A stretch of DNA of 64,000 nt from Candidatus Magasanikbacteria bacterium GW2011_GWC2_37_14. Lineage in GTDB: Bacteria; Patescibacteriota; Patescibacteriia; Magasanikbacterales; UBA922. Both the position numbers and the translations under genes were made by a program. The notes under the pieces were generated by a model. It was not told the DNA's origin. It made no database searches and worked only from the letters and a program-made list of their open reading frames with translations. Below, piece by piece: positions 18,478-28,763 of the stretch. Where the stretch lies: assembly GCA_000990355.1 (NCBI GenBank), contig LBSX01000005.1, positions 4,584-68,583 on the forward strand, given 5' to 3'. Position 1 is the stretch's first letter; every line of letters starts with the position of its first letter.

Positions 18478-19776
18478 ATGAAATTTTTTAGAAAATTAAA
18501 ATCTATCAAATTATCTAAAAAAGAAAAACAAAATTTTCGGATAGTTTTGTCTAATTTAATTATGAATAGTGCCGGCTTGTCGGGCGTAGCGGAGCGAAGA
18601 CCGGTAAGAAATTACTATAATTTACGTCATAATAATCAGAAGGTTCCATTCCTTCATTTAATACTTAAACATAATTATATGATAGCAGGTTTGCTTATTG
18701 CCGCTATTTTGGCCATGGGTGGCGGTACTGCCGTGGCAGCCGAAAATTCAGTCCCAGGGGATCTTTTGTATAGAATAAAGACCCAAGTAAATGAAGAAGT
18801 ACGTTCGGCTTTGGCCATTAGTCCAGAAGCGCAAGCCGCTTGGGATGCTAAACGTGCCGAAAGACGTTTGGAAGAAACCGAAAAATTAGCTGGCGAAAAC
18901 AAATTAACTACCTCTACTTCGGAAATGTTGGCTAGCAAGTTTGCAGAATTTTCGCAAAAAGCGACTGATCGTTTACAAAAATTAGAAGACGCAGGAAAAC
19001 TTACTCCGGAACAGGTTCAAAATTTAAAAGCCAATTTTGAAGTGGCAGTAAAAGCTCATGATGAAATTTTATCTAGGATCGAAGAAAAAAAGCAGAATCG
19101 TGGGGAAATGAAAGCAGTAATGGATTCTTTACGTGGACAAGCTTCTACTACTATCAAAGACAGGCTTGAACATGATTTAAAGTTAATTGAAGAAGGAACT
19201 TCTAGTACTCTAAGTAAGGTATCTGAAAACAGAAAAAATGCAGCTCAAAATAAAATTAGCGAAGTGCAAAAATTTATTGATAATAATGATGATAAAGTAA
19301 GTAGTGAGAATAAAGCAGAAGCTGTTAAAAAATTAGCTGAAGCAACTACCTTAGTTACCGAAGGTGACAAATTAGTTATTGAACAAAAATTTGGTGAAGC
19401 AATTATGAAATATAGCGAAGCCCACCGTAAAGCCCAAGAAGCGCAAATGTATTTGACCACCAGATTCCGTTTGGAAAGAAGAATGGAAAGCACCTCTTCT
19501 ACTCCAGCAGTTTTTGCTAGTGGTACTTTGCAGTTTAATAATGAAAAAAGACAAGAAATTTGGGACACTCACGAAGGTTTTAAAAATATGGAAGAGAAGT
19601 TAAAAGAAGAGGTAAAGCAAGCCAGAGAAACCTTTAAAGAAGTTAAACAACAAGAAATGGAAAAAATTAAAGAAGCAATAAAAGCTAATCGTCCTCCAAA
19701 ACCAGAAGATAAGGTTGAAAATGAAGTAGAAAATGAAGATGATAACGGTTCAAGTACAACTTCTACAAATCAATAA
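18478..19776 (+). CDS. DUF5667-like membrane-anchored coiled-coil protein, putative anti-sigma partner of ECF sigma
   Basis: single TM (IAGLLIAAILAMGG), VPGDLLYRIK motif, long coiled coil; position directly downstream of ECF sigma gene. Confidence 0.45.
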   Translation: MKFFRKLKSIKLSKKEKQNFRIVLSNLIMNSAGLSGVAERRPVRNYYNLRHNNQKVPFLHLILKHNYMIAGLLIAAILAMGGGTAVAAENSVPGDLLYRIKTQVNEEVRSALAISPEAQAAWDAKRAERRLEETEKLAGENKLTTSTSEMLASKFAEFSQKATDRLQKLEDAGKLTPEQVQNLKANFEVAVKAHDEILSRIEEKKQNRGEMKAVMDSLRGQASTTIKDRLEHDLKLIEEGTSSTLSKVSENRKNAAQNKISEVQKFIDNNDDKVSSENKAEAVKKLAEATTLVTEGDKLVIEQKFGEAIMKYSEAHRKAQEAQMYLTTRFRLERRMESTSSTPAVFASGTLQFNNEKRQEIWDTHEGFKNMEEKLKEEVKQARETFKEVKQQEMEKIKEAIKANRPPKPEDKVENEVENEDDNGSSTTSTNQ

Positions 19777-19787
19777 AGACAGTAAAT

Positions 19788-19815
19788 AACCCCGGGATGA
19801 ACCCGGGGTTTCTTG
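19788..19815 (+). terminator. rho-independent terminator
   Basis: AACCCCGGG-ATGA-ACCCGGGGTTTCTT. Confidence 0.55.
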
Positions 19816-19865
19816 TCAAAAATAACAAAAACTGCTATATTATTCGGGTATTTAACTTTAATTTT

Positions 19866-20807
19866 ATGGCTATTTTAGTTTCGGGTTCTTTGGCTTATGA
19901 TTATATAATGGATTTTCCCGATAGTTTTAAAAATCATATTTTGCCAAATCAGTTGCATATTTTGAATGTTTGTTTTGTGGTAGATAATTTACAGCGTAAT
20001 TTTGGTGGTACCGCGGGTAATATTGCTTATACCATGAATTTACTTAGTGCTGAGCCTTTAATTTTTGCGCCACTTGGTGAAGATGGTAAAGATTATTTAA
20101 ATTATTTTAAAAAACTTAATTTAAAAACTGATTATATTTTTTTGAGTCAAGAAAAACTTACAGCTTCGGCACATATTACTACGGACAAAGATAATAACCA
20201 AATAACGGCTTTTTATAATGGGGCGTTGATTGAAGGAGAAAAAATAGCAGTGAAAGATTTAAAAGATGACGTGGCTTTTGCTTTAATTTCCCCTACACAA
20301 AAAGAAGTAATGATTAAACATGCCAAAGAATGTTATGAATTGCAAATACCATTTTGTTTTGATCCTGGTCAACAAGTAACTGCTTTTTCGGCTCAAGAAT
20401 TAATGATGGTTATTGGTCAAGCAAAGTTTTTGATTGGCAATGATTATGAATTAAAATTGATTGAAGAAAAAACTGGTTGGGGAGTGTTTGAACTTTTAAA
20501 ACATGTAGAAGTAGTAATTATTACTTTGGGTGAAAAAGGTTCTTTGATAGTTAACAAAGATGGGGCAATAGAAGTGGGTGTTTGTCCTGCAATTTCGGTA
20601 GATGACCCAACCGGAGCTGGGGATGCTTATCGGGCAGGGTTTTTTTCTGCTTTTGTTAAAGGAAAAGATTTAAAAACTTGTGGGCAAGTGGGCGCCGTGG
20701 CTGCAACTTATGCAGTAGAAAATTATGGTACACAAAATCATTGCTTTACTTTGGCAGAGTTTAAAAATCGCTATGAAAAAGCTTTTGTTGAAAATTTAAC
20801 TTGGTAA
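19866..20807 (+). CDS. PfkB-family carbohydrate/nucleoside kinase
   Basis: GGTAGNIAY and DPTGAGDAYRAGF ribokinase-family motifs; start set at MAILVSG. Confidence 0.7.
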   Translation: MAILVSGSLAYDYIMDFPDSFKNHILPNQLHILNVCFVVDNLQRNFGGTAGNIAYTMNLLSAEPLIFAPLGEDGKDYLNYFKKLNLKTDYIFLSQEKLTASAHITTDKDNNQITAFYNGALIEGEKIAVKDLKDDVAFALISPTQKEVMIKHAKECYELQIPFCFDPGQQVTAFSAQELMMVIGQAKFLIGNDYELKLIEEKTGWGVFELLKHVEVVIITLGEKGSLIVNKDGAIEVGVCPAISVDDPTGAGDAYRAGFFSAFVKGKDLKTCGQVGAVAATYAVENYGTQNHCFTLAEFKNRYEKAFVENLTW

Positions 20808-20852
20808 CTGTCATTGCGAGCCCCGTCCGAGCGGGGCGAAGCAATCCCAAGG
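20808..20852. repeat. hairpin repeat GTCATTGCGAG-[CCCCGTCCGAGCGGGG]-CGAAGCAATCCCAAGG
   Basis: second copy with different inner hairpin at 60834-60882; both abut a stop codon. Confidence 0.65.
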
Positions 20853-20903
20853 TATATGAGAGAATACTTTGTTTATATAATGACTAAAATAATTTAATGA
20901 CAT

Positions 20904-22310
20904 ATGATACAAGATTTTAAAGTAAGAGATATTTCGTTGGCAGAATGGGGAAGACGTGAAATACAAATTGCCGAAAAAGAAATGGTCGGTTTAATGGCAA
21001 TTCGTGAAAAGTATAGTAAAACAAAACCCCTGTCCGGAGTAAAGATTATGGGTTCACTCCACATGACTATTCAAACTGCGGTATTGATGGAAACATTAGT
21101 AGCACTTGGCGCCCAAGTTCGTTGGGTATCGTGTAATATTTTTTCTACTCAAGATCATGCTGCTGCCGCGATGGCAGAAGTGGATATTCCGGTTTTTGCT
21201 TGGAAGGGTGAAACATTGGAAGAGTATTGGTGGTGTACCGAAAAAGCCTTAGACTTCGGCAACGGGCAAGGACCAGATATGATTGTTGATGATGGTGGAG
21301 ATGCCACAATGATGATTCACAAAGGGGTAGAAATAGAAGCAGACCCAAGTTTATTGGATGTTGATTATTCTGCCAAAGAAGAAGATCTTAGAGAATTAAT
21401 GAAAAATTTAAAAATAGAATATAAAAAAAATCCAACTCGTTGGACAGAAGTGGCAAAAAAAGTAAAAGGTGTGTCCGAAGAAACTACCACGGGTGTGCAT
21501 CGTTTGTATCAAATGTTTGAAGCAGGAAAATTATTATTTCCCGCTATTAATGTGAATGATTCCGTAACCAAATCTAAGTTTGATAATATTTATGGTTGTC
21601 GCCATTCAGTGGTGGATGGTTTGAATCGAGCCATGGATGTAATGCTTGGTGGGAAAGTGGCCGTAATTTGTGGTTATGGTGATGTAGGTAAAGGTTGTGC
21701 TCAAGCGCTCAAGGGACAAGGTTGCCGGGTAATTGTTACGGAAATTGATCCAATTTGCGCTTTACAAGCAGCAATGGAAGGTTATCAGGTTAAAACAGTA
21801 GAAGATACTTTGGGTGAAGCTGATATCTATGTAACCACTACTGGTAATCGGGATATTATCCGGGTTGAACATATGGAAAAAATGAAAGATCAAGCAGTAG
21901 TGTGTAATATTGGTCATTTTGATAATGAAATTCAAGTAGAAAAATTAAATAAATTAGCTGGTGTGCAAAAAATAAATATCAAACCACAAGTTGATAAATA
22001 TTTATTTCCAAATGGCAATGCTATATATATGTTGGCCGAAGGACGCCTAATGAATTTGGGTTGTGCTACTGGCCATCCAAGCTTTGTAATGAGTAATAGT
22101 TTTGCCAATCAAGTTTTGGCCCAGATTGATTTGTGGGAAAAGAATTACGAAGTTGGTGTGTATCGTTTGGCAAAAGAATTGGATGAAGAAGTTGCGAGGT
22201 TACATCTTGCCAAAATAGGGGTTAAACTTACCAAACTTACAGCTGAGCAGGCTGAATATTTGGGGGTAAAGGTAAATGGGCCGTATAAGGCGGATCATTA
22301 TCGGTATTAA
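20904..22310 (+). CDS. ahcY: adenosylhomocysteinase
   Basis: 468 aa, NAD-binding GYGDVGKG, highly conserved SAHH sequence throughout. Confidence 0.95.
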   Translation: MIQDFKVRDISLAEWGRREIQIAEKEMVGLMAIREKYSKTKPLSGVKIMGSLHMTIQTAVLMETLVALGAQVRWVSCNIFSTQDHAAAAMAEVDIPVFAWKGETLEEYWWCTEKALDFGNGQGPDMIVDDGGDATMMIHKGVEIEADPSLLDVDYSAKEEDLRELMKNLKIEYKKNPTRWTEVAKKVKGVSEETTTGVHRLYQMFEAGKLLFPAINVNDSVTKSKFDNIYGCRHSVVDGLNRAMDVMLGGKVAVICGYGDVGKGCAQALKGQGCRVIVTEIDPICALQAAMEGYQVKTVEDTLGEADIYVTTTGNRDIIRVEHMEKMKDQAVVCNIGHFDNEIQVEKLNKLAGVQKINIKPQVDKYLFPNGNAIYMLAEGRLMNLGCATGHPSFVMSNSFANQVLAQIDLWEKNYEVGVYRLAKELDEEVARLHLAKIGVKLTKLTAEQAEYLGVKVNGPYKADHYRY

Positions 22311-22316
22311 AAAGAC

Positions 22317-23075
22317 ATGCCCATAATGCGCTTGCAAAAATTTATTGCGGACCAAGGAATTTGTTCTCGGCGAAAGGCCGAAGAACTTATTTTGGCTAAA
22401 AAAGTAAAAGTAAATGGAGTAGTAGCCGAAATTGGTTTAAAAATTGACAGTGAGAAAGATAAGGTGGAAGTGGTAAATTTCAATTCTCCCACCACCCCGG
22501 CTTTCAGCCACCCCTCCTCCGGCAGGAGGGGACACGTGTACATTGCCTTGAACAAACCAGTGGGTTTTATTTGTTCGGCAAGTAATGAACAGGGTAAAAC
22601 TGTTTTGGAACTTCTAACAAAAGAAAATTATTTTGGTAAAGAAAAATTAGAAATTAAAGATCGGGTTTATCCCGTTGGCAGGCTAGACAAAGATTCAGAA
22701 GGTTTAGTATTGCTTACGAATGATGGTGAACTTACCAATAAATTAATTCATCCACGTTATCAACATGAAAAAGAATACGAAGTAGGGTTAAACAAACCAT
22801 TGGGAAAACCTGAGGTAAAGATTTTAGAAAATAGTATGGAAATTGGCCCTGGAGAACGTGTTTGGGGAATAAAAATAAAAGATCTTGTTTGCAAAAATGA
22901 TCAAACTATAGCTACAGTGATTTTGCACGAGGGCAAGAATCGTCAAATTAGACGGATGTTTGGTAAATTGGGCTATAAAGTGATGTTTTTACGTCGGGTG
23001 CGTATTGGTAAATTAAAATTAGGCACTTTGCCTTTGGGTAAATGGAAAATGATTGGCAAAATTCAAATAATTTAA
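22317..23075 (+). CDS. RsuA/RluB-family rRNA pseudouridine synthase (S4 domain)
   Basis: RLQKFIADQGICSRRKAEELI S4 motif, GRLDKDSEGLVLLTNDG catalytic motif; in-frame insertion 22487-22531. Confidence 0.85.
   Translation: MPIMRLQKFIADQGICSRRKAEELILAKKVKVNGVVAEIGLKIDSEKDKVEVVNFNSPTTPAFSHPSSGRRGHVYIALNKPVGFICSASNEQGKTVLELLTKENYFGKEKLEIKDRVYPVGRLDKDSEGLVLLTNDGELTNKLIHPRYQHEKEYEVGLNKPLGKPEVKILENSMEIGPGERVWGIKIKDLVCKNDQTIATVILHEGKNRQIRRMFGKLGYKVMFLRRVRIGKLKLGTLPLGKWKMIGKIQII
22487..22531 (+). repeat. GC-rich palindromic mini-element inserted in frame (encodes SPTTPAFSHPSSGRRGH)
   Basis: CCCCTCCTCCGGCAGGAGGGG palindrome core. Confidence 0.7.
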
Positions 23076-23092
23076 CCATTGTTTTGGGGGTG

Positions 23093-23119
23093 TTGACTTT
23101 TGTTAAAATATGGTATACT
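23093..23119 (+). promoter_or_regulatory. promoter-like TTGACT-15-TATACT
   Basis: consensus hexamers with short 15-nt spacer, upstream of dsbA-like gene. Confidence 0.35.
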
Positions 23120-23144
23120 ATTGCTATTCAATAAATTCTTCAAT

Positions 23145-23903
23145 ATGTCTGCAGATTTTTCTTCCATTTCAACAAAACCTTGGTACAAAACTGGCAAAGG
23201 TATTGGTTTTTTATTTTTAGGTTTGATTGTGGTTGTGGTCTTATTAGTTTTTTTGGGCTTTTTTGCTTATTATGCGGTAACTATCAAATATGGTGATGCC
23301 ACAGGTTTAAGTGAACAGTTTTCCACACAAAAATTTAGTGTAAATAAAAATGCCGATGTTACAGCAGGTTTAGAAAAAATTGACGATATTAATAAATATA
23401 TTCATGATTTTAATCCAGTTTTGGGAAATATTAATTCGCCAGTTACGGTTGTGGCTTTTGTGGATTTTGAATGTCCTTATAGTCAAGAAGCTTTTTTGGG
23501 TTTTAATAATTTAATTAAAAAATACGAACCAGTAATTAAAGTTGTTTTTAAACATTTGCCACTTACTGATTTACACCCCAATGCTTTGAATGCCAGTTTG
23601 GCAGGCGCTTGTGCCAACACCCAAAATAAATTTTGGCCTTATTATAATAATTTATTTACAAACAAAGATTTAACTACAGAAGGGTTATTAAAACAAGCTG
23701 TGTCTTTGGGTTTAAATGATATAGACTTTACCAATTGTTTTAATAATAAAATAACACTAGATGACGTTAATATTGATTTAACAGATGCTGTAGCTCTTGG
23801 GGTGCGTGGTACTCCTACTTATTTTGTAAATGGGGTTAAATTGGAAGGGGTAATCGACGAAGCAACTTGGGATAAAATTATTTTACAAGTTTTAAATAAA
23901 TAA
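23145..23903 (+). CDS. DsbA-family thiol:disulfide oxidoreductase, membrane-anchored
   Basis: N-terminal TM, thioredoxin CPYS active site, FVNG cis-Pro region. Confidence 0.75.
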   Translation: MSADFSSISTKPWYKTGKGIGFLFLGLIVVVVLLVFLGFFAYYAVTIKYGDATGLSEQFSTQKFSVNKNADVTAGLEKIDDINKYIHDFNPVLGNINSPVTVVAFVDFECPYSQEAFLGFNNLIKKYEPVIKVVFKHLPLTDLHPNALNASLAGACANTQNKFWPYYNNLFTNKDLTTEGLLKQAVSLGLNDIDFTNCFNNKITLDDVNIDLTDAVALGVRGTPTYFVNGVKLEGVIDEATWDKIILQVLNK

Positions 23904-23904
23904 T

Positions 23905-25749
23905 ATGAAAAAATATTTTTTCTTTTTATTAATATTCTCAATTTTATTTTCTCAATTTTTTTCTTTTGCCAACGCTGAGGGTAGTTGTGTTAGTGATAGT
24001 GATTGTGACCTTAATGAAGAATGTGTAGGAGATATCTGCGCTGCTAAGTTTTGTACATCCGATGATGATTGTTTGGTAGGTGGGGCCAAATGTATTGGTG
24101 GTGTTTGCGACGTGGAAAGTGCCGTTGCTGCAGCCGAAGGAGGTGGATCAGCCACCGGGCCAAAAAGTGTGGCTAGTGGTGTGGCAGAAAGTGGTGGTTA
24201 TGCACCAACAGTCTCATTTAAAGGTTTGGATCAACGTTGTTGGGTAAAAGAAAAGTGCATAGAAGCAGAAGGAGCAGCTTATGGCGCAAATACGGAAACA
24301 ATTACTGCTTGTGGTGGAGAAAAAAATGCTGTTGGTGAAGAATTAGTTTTTTGTAAACCTCCTTATGTAGCCCAAACAGAAGTTACTTTTGGCAATACCA
24401 ATACTTTTGCCAATATGGGGGAATTTATTAAATATATGTTTCGTTATGCCATTATTGTGGCTGGTGTGGTAGCAGTAATCATGGTAATTTTTGCTGGCAT
24501 ACAATGGACCATCTCTGGTGGTAATGCCGAAAAAATTTCTAGTGCCAGGAAAAAAATTGGTGGAGCCATGATGGGTTTATTTCTAATAATCATGAGTTAT
24601 AGTATTTTAAGTTTTATAAATCCTTATTTGGTAAATTTGCGTTTACCCCAAGCTTGGATGATTAATACTCAAGGATTGGCGCCAGTGTATTGTGACTTTT
24701 TGTCTTCTTCGACTACTGTAGCTACTGCCTACCCTTATGGTACCAAAAAAACTATTTTAGAAAAACAGCAAATGTCTACTTCTGTTACTTATAATGTAAA
24801 TAGCCAAGTAGCCACTTGTGGCACAGAATATTTTGTAAAAGATACTGGTGGACAAACTTGTTCTGGGAATGCTTGCCCTAGTGGACAATTATGTTCAAAT
24901 TTTTCAAATGGTGAAGATCTAACACCGAAATGCGTTACCAGTAAATTGGCAGGTAGAATTACGGGAACCTTTAGTGTTTTTAGAGCCCCAGCCGTAGATA
25001 AAAGTGATAATGAAATTGAATTGTTGGCTTTATGTAAAGCTGATGCTAATAAAATTGTAAAAGTTGCCACTATTAAGTACGAAGGCTCCACCTCAGATGG
25101 TGACCCTTATTTTTTTGATTATCTTGATAAATTAGATAGTGCTTGTAGTGATTATGGCGGGCCAGTTGGCTTTTATTTGGGTGTGGAAGTTAATGACGAA
25201 ACTGAGTATAGTGGTAGTGGCTGGGTAGAAGGAGCTCCTTGGACTTATGGTACAGATGACTGGTTTGCTATTGGACAGTCTTCTCCTAATTCGCACAATT
25301 GTAGTGTAAATTTGGCAAAAGTTTTTCAGCAAATTTATGCCAAACAAATTTATTGTGGTCCTGGTAATTTAATGTGTACTTGCGCTTATTTATCACAAAA
25401 TAAAAATCCAGCTAGTGCGGCTCTTAGCCCAGATTTTATAAAACATCTAATTAGTTTGGAAGAATTAAAAAAAGGTTATGTTTGCCATATAGATATTAGC
25501 AGACGTAATTTCCCGTCAGCAGAAAATGGTATGCAATGGCCAACTTTAGGTAGTGTTGTTAATGGTACAATGGCAGGAGCTGCCACTGGTGCTGTTTTAG
25601 GTACTTTTTTTCCTGCTCCTGGTGTAGCCACACTAGCAGGAGGAGTAGCAGGTGGTGTTAAAGGGGCTGTTATTGTTCCTGCTGTACAGATTTTGAGTGG
25701 TTTATGGAATTATGTGGATGACCCCACAAGTTGCCAAGATAAAAATTAA
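23905..25749 (+). CDS. secreted Cys-rich protein with central two-TM hairpin (VirB2/TrbC-pilin-like topology) and large Cys-rich C-terminal domain
   Basis: signal peptide, CxxxC-rich N-region, TM-basic loop-TM (AIIVAGVVAVIMVIFAGIQW..ARKKIGGAMMGLFLIIMSYSIL); family assignment tentative. Confidence 0.4.
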   Translation: MKKYFFFLLIFSILFSQFFSFANAEGSCVSDSDCDLNEECVGDICAAKFCTSDDDCLVGGAKCIGGVCDVESAVAAAEGGGSATGPKSVASGVAESGGYAPTVSFKGLDQRCWVKEKCIEAEGAAYGANTETITACGGEKNAVGEELVFCKPPYVAQTEVTFGNTNTFANMGEFIKYMFRYAIIVAGVVAVIMVIFAGIQWTISGGNAEKISSARKKIGGAMMGLFLIIMSYSILSFINPYLVNLRLPQAWMINTQGLAPVYCDFLSSSTTVATAYPYGTKKTILEKQQMSTSVTYNVNSQVATCGTEYFVKDTGGQTCSGNACPSGQLCSNFSNGEDLTPKCVTSKLAGRITGTFSVFRAPAVDKSDNEIELLALCKADANKIVKVATIKYEGSTSDGDPYFFDYLDKLDSACSDYGGPVGFYLGVEVNDETEYSGSGWVEGAPWTYGTDDWFAIGQSSPNSHNCSVNLAKVFQQIYAKQIYCGPGNLMCTCAYLSQNKNPASAALSPDFIKHLISLEELKKGYVCHIDISRRNFPSAENGMQWPTLGSVVNGTMAGAATGAVLGTFFPAPGVATLAGGVAGGVKGAVIVPAVQILSGLWNYVDDPTSCQDKN

Positions 25750-25845
25750 TAAAATTTAAGTTATTAAAAGTGTGGACAAAATAAAAATTATAAATTCTCG
25801 CGTACACCCCAGCACCATAAAGGTGCGGGGCAAGCAATTTAAAAT

Positions 25846-28677
25846 ATGAATAAAGATGTAATAAGTATTAAGAACGCCAAAGTACACAACTTGAAAGGCG
25901 TTTCGCTAGAAATTCCCAAAAATAAATTAACTGTAATTACAGGACTTTCCGGATCCGGAAAGTCCTCTTTGGCTTTTGATACAATTTATGCCGAGGGCCA
26001 ACGAAGGTATGCCGAAAGTTTGTCGTCTTATGCTCGGCAATTTATGGAAGTGCAAGACAAGCCAGATGTAGACGAAATTCAGGGTTTGTCGCCTACCATT
26101 GCCATTGATCAAAAAACTACGGCACAAAATCCTCGTTCTACTGTGGGTACAGTAACCGAAGTTTATGATTATTTGCGTTTGCTTTTTTCTCGGGTGGGTA
26201 CACAATATTGTCCGGATTGTAAATTAGCCGTAAGAGCTTATAGTGAAGGAGAAATTATTGAAGAAGTAAGAAAAATTGTTCGTCAGGGAACAGGACTGTC
26301 TATATTTGCCCCCACGATTATTGAACAAACAGTTAAACCAAAAGAATTACTAAATCATTTGGAACAAACTGGTTATGAGTTGCTCCGTTTGAATGGGGTG
26401 TTAATGAAGTTAGCCGAAGTTGGTAAGTATAAATTTTTGCCAGATAAAAAATATACTATTGAAATTTTGATTGGTAAAATTGAAGATATTAAAAAACATG
26501 ATCCAGCAAATTTAGTAATTAAAACGCTTGATTTAAGTAATGGTTATTTATTGGCAGTTACCGAAGCTGGTGAAGAATATAATTATTCTTTGGTAGCCAA
26601 GTGTGCTCGTTGTGGACGGAAATTTGAAAAAATAGAACCACGGACTTTTAGTTTTAATAGTCCCTATGGTGCTTGTGCTCGTTGTACGGGTTTGGGTCGG
26701 ACTTTGGAAGTAGACACCGAGTTGGTAATACCCAATTCACGGCTTACTTTGGCCGAAGGGGCAATCCAGCCTTGGACCAGAATTGTGGGTAATCAAAATT
26801 ATTATCAAAAATTATTGGCGGCCGTGGCCAAAACTCATAATTTTTCTGTGGATACTCCGGTAAAAGATTTATCCAAAAAAGTAATGGATTTGCTTTTTTA
26901 TGGCACCGATGGTGAGTTGTATGAAGTGGAAGGCAAAAAAGTAAATTTTGAGGGCATTGTGAGTAATTTAGCTAGTCGTCATGCCGAAACTGATTCTGAT
27001 TATATACGCAAAGAAATAGAAAATTACATGCGAGAAAAGGTTTGTTCTGTTTGCAATGGTCGACGTTTAAAGGCAGAATCTTTGTTTGTTAAGTTTTTGG
27101 ATTTAAGCATTGCTGAAGTAGTAGAAATGAGTGTGTCCGAAGGCAGAGAGTTTTTTGCGGGTATTGTTAGTGGTAAAAATAAAAATAATTTAACTTTGAA
27201 CAAACAACAGTTGGCGGTAACCATGGCAATTTTAAAAGAAATTGATAAACGTTTGAGTAATTTATTAGAAGTTGGTTTGCATTATTTAACTTTGGATCGT
27301 TCGGTAAACACTTTGGCTGGTGGTGAAGCGCAACGGGTGCGGTTGTCCACTCAATTATCTACAGGTTTAACCGGAGTAATTTATATTTTGGATGAACCAT
27401 CAATCGGACTTCATTCTCGAGATAATGATAAATTAATTTCTACTTTAAAAAACTTACGTGATTTGGGTAATACGGTAATTGTAGTAGAACACGATGGAGC
27501 CATGATAAAAGCTGCAGATTATATTGTGGATGTTGGCCCGGGAGCAGGTGAGTATGGTGGGCATATTGTGGCCGAAGGTAATTTGCAACAAATTAAAAAG
27601 AATAAAAATTCTTTAACCGGAGCTTTTTTAACTGGGCGTGAAGAAATTGAGCTACCTAAAAAATTACACAAAGGCAATAATAAATTTTTAAGTATTATTG
27701 GCGCCAAAGCCTTTAACCTTAAAAATATTGATGTAGATATTCCTTTGGGGAAATTAGTTTGTTTAACTGGTGTTTCGGGGTCTGGTAAATCTACTTTAAT
27801 TTCGGAAATTTTAGGCAAAGCTCTTAGCCAATATTTTTATCGCGCCAAAGCCGAACCTGCCGAACATAAAGCTTTAAAAGGTTTAAGCAATATTGATAAA
27901 GTAATTGAAATTGATCAAGCGCCCATTGGCCGTACTCCTCGTTCCAATCCGGCCACTTATACGGGAATATTTAGTTATATTCGTGATTTGTTTACGGCTG
28001 TGCCCGAAGCCAGAATGCGCGGTTATGATGCTGGTAAATTTAGTTTTAATGTAAAAGGTGGTGGGCGTTGCGAAGCTTGCGCGGGCGAGGGCTATGTGCG
28101 AATTCCTATGCAATTTTTGTCGGATGTATTTGTAGAATGTCCGGAATGTAGCGGTAAAAGATATAATAAAGAAGCCTTGGAAATTCATTATCATGGAAAA
28201 GATATTGCCGATGTTTTGAATTTAACAGTGGAAGAAGCTTATAAATTTTTTCACGATGTGCCACCAATTGCCGACAAAATGCAGATTTTACGTGATGTGG
28301 GTTTAAGTTACATTCATTTGGGGCAATCGGCCACTACCTTGTCTGGTGGTGAAGCTCAACGGGTAAAATTGGCTACCGAATTATCGCGTCGTGCTACTGG
28401 CAAGACTTTGTATATTTTGGATGAACCAACTACTGGTTTACATTTTGCCGATATTAAACGTTTGTTACAAGTGTTAAATCAACTAGTAGACAAAGGTAAC
28501 ACGGTTTTGATTATTGAACACAATCTAGATGTAATTAAATGTGCGGATTGGATTATTGATTTGGGGCCCGAAGGTGGTAAAGGTGGTGGAGAAATTGTTG
28601 CTCAAGGCACACCCAAAGATGTAGCAAAAGTTAAAAAGAGTTACACGGGGCAGTATTTGAAAGAGATGTTGAAGTAA
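25846..28677 (+). CDS. uvrA: excinuclease ABC subunit A
   Basis: two ABC ATPase modules (GLSGSGKSS, GVSGSGKST), zinc fingers, 943 aa. Confidence 0.97.
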   Translation: MNKDVISIKNAKVHNLKGVSLEIPKNKLTVITGLSGSGKSSLAFDTIYAEGQRRYAESLSSYARQFMEVQDKPDVDEIQGLSPTIAIDQKTTAQNPRSTVGTVTEVYDYLRLLFSRVGTQYCPDCKLAVRAYSEGEIIEEVRKIVRQGTGLSIFAPTIIEQTVKPKELLNHLEQTGYELLRLNGVLMKLAEVGKYKFLPDKKYTIEILIGKIEDIKKHDPANLVIKTLDLSNGYLLAVTEAGEEYNYSLVAKCARCGRKFEKIEPRTFSFNSPYGACARCTGLGRTLEVDTELVIPNSRLTLAEGAIQPWTRIVGNQNYYQKLLAAVAKTHNFSVDTPVKDLSKKVMDLLFYGTDGELYEVEGKKVNFEGIVSNLASRHAETDSDYIRKEIENYMREKVCSVCNGRRLKAESLFVKFLDLSIAEVVEMSVSEGREFFAGIVSGKNKNNLTLNKQQLAVTMAILKEIDKRLSNLLEVGLHYLTLDRSVNTLAGGEAQRVRLSTQLSTGLTGVIYILDEPSIGLHSRDNDKLISTLKNLRDLGNTVIVVEHDGAMIKAADYIVDVGPGAGEYGGHIVAEGNLQQIKKNKNSLTGAFLTGREEIELPKKLHKGNNKFLSIIGAKAFNLKNIDVDIPLGKLVCLTGVSGSGKSTLISEILGKALSQYFYRAKAEPAEHKALKGLSNIDKVIEIDQAPIGRTPRSNPATYTGIFSYIRDLFTAVPEARMRGYDAGKFSFNVKGGGRCEACAGEGYVRIPMQFLSDVFVECPECSGKRYNKEALEIHYHGKDIADVLNLTVEEAYKFFHDVPPIADKMQILRDVGLSYIHLGQSATTLSGGEAQRVKLATELSRRATGKTLYILDEPTTGLHFADIKRLLQVLNQLVDKGNTVLIIEHNLDVIKCADWIIDLGPEGGKGGGEIVAQGTPKDVAKVKKSYTGQYLKEMLK

Positions 28678-28697
28678 AAATAAATTAAAAAGAATTG

Positions 28698-28736
28698 AGG
28701 CGTCCCGAATGTGTTCGGGACGCCTTTGATTTTTAA
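28698..28736. terminator. bidirectional rho-independent terminator after uvrA
   Basis: AGGCGTCCCGAA-TGTG-TTCGGGACGCCTTTGATTTTT. Confidence 0.65.
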
Positions 28737-28763
28737 AGAACAAGTTTAGTGATGCTCTGTAAT

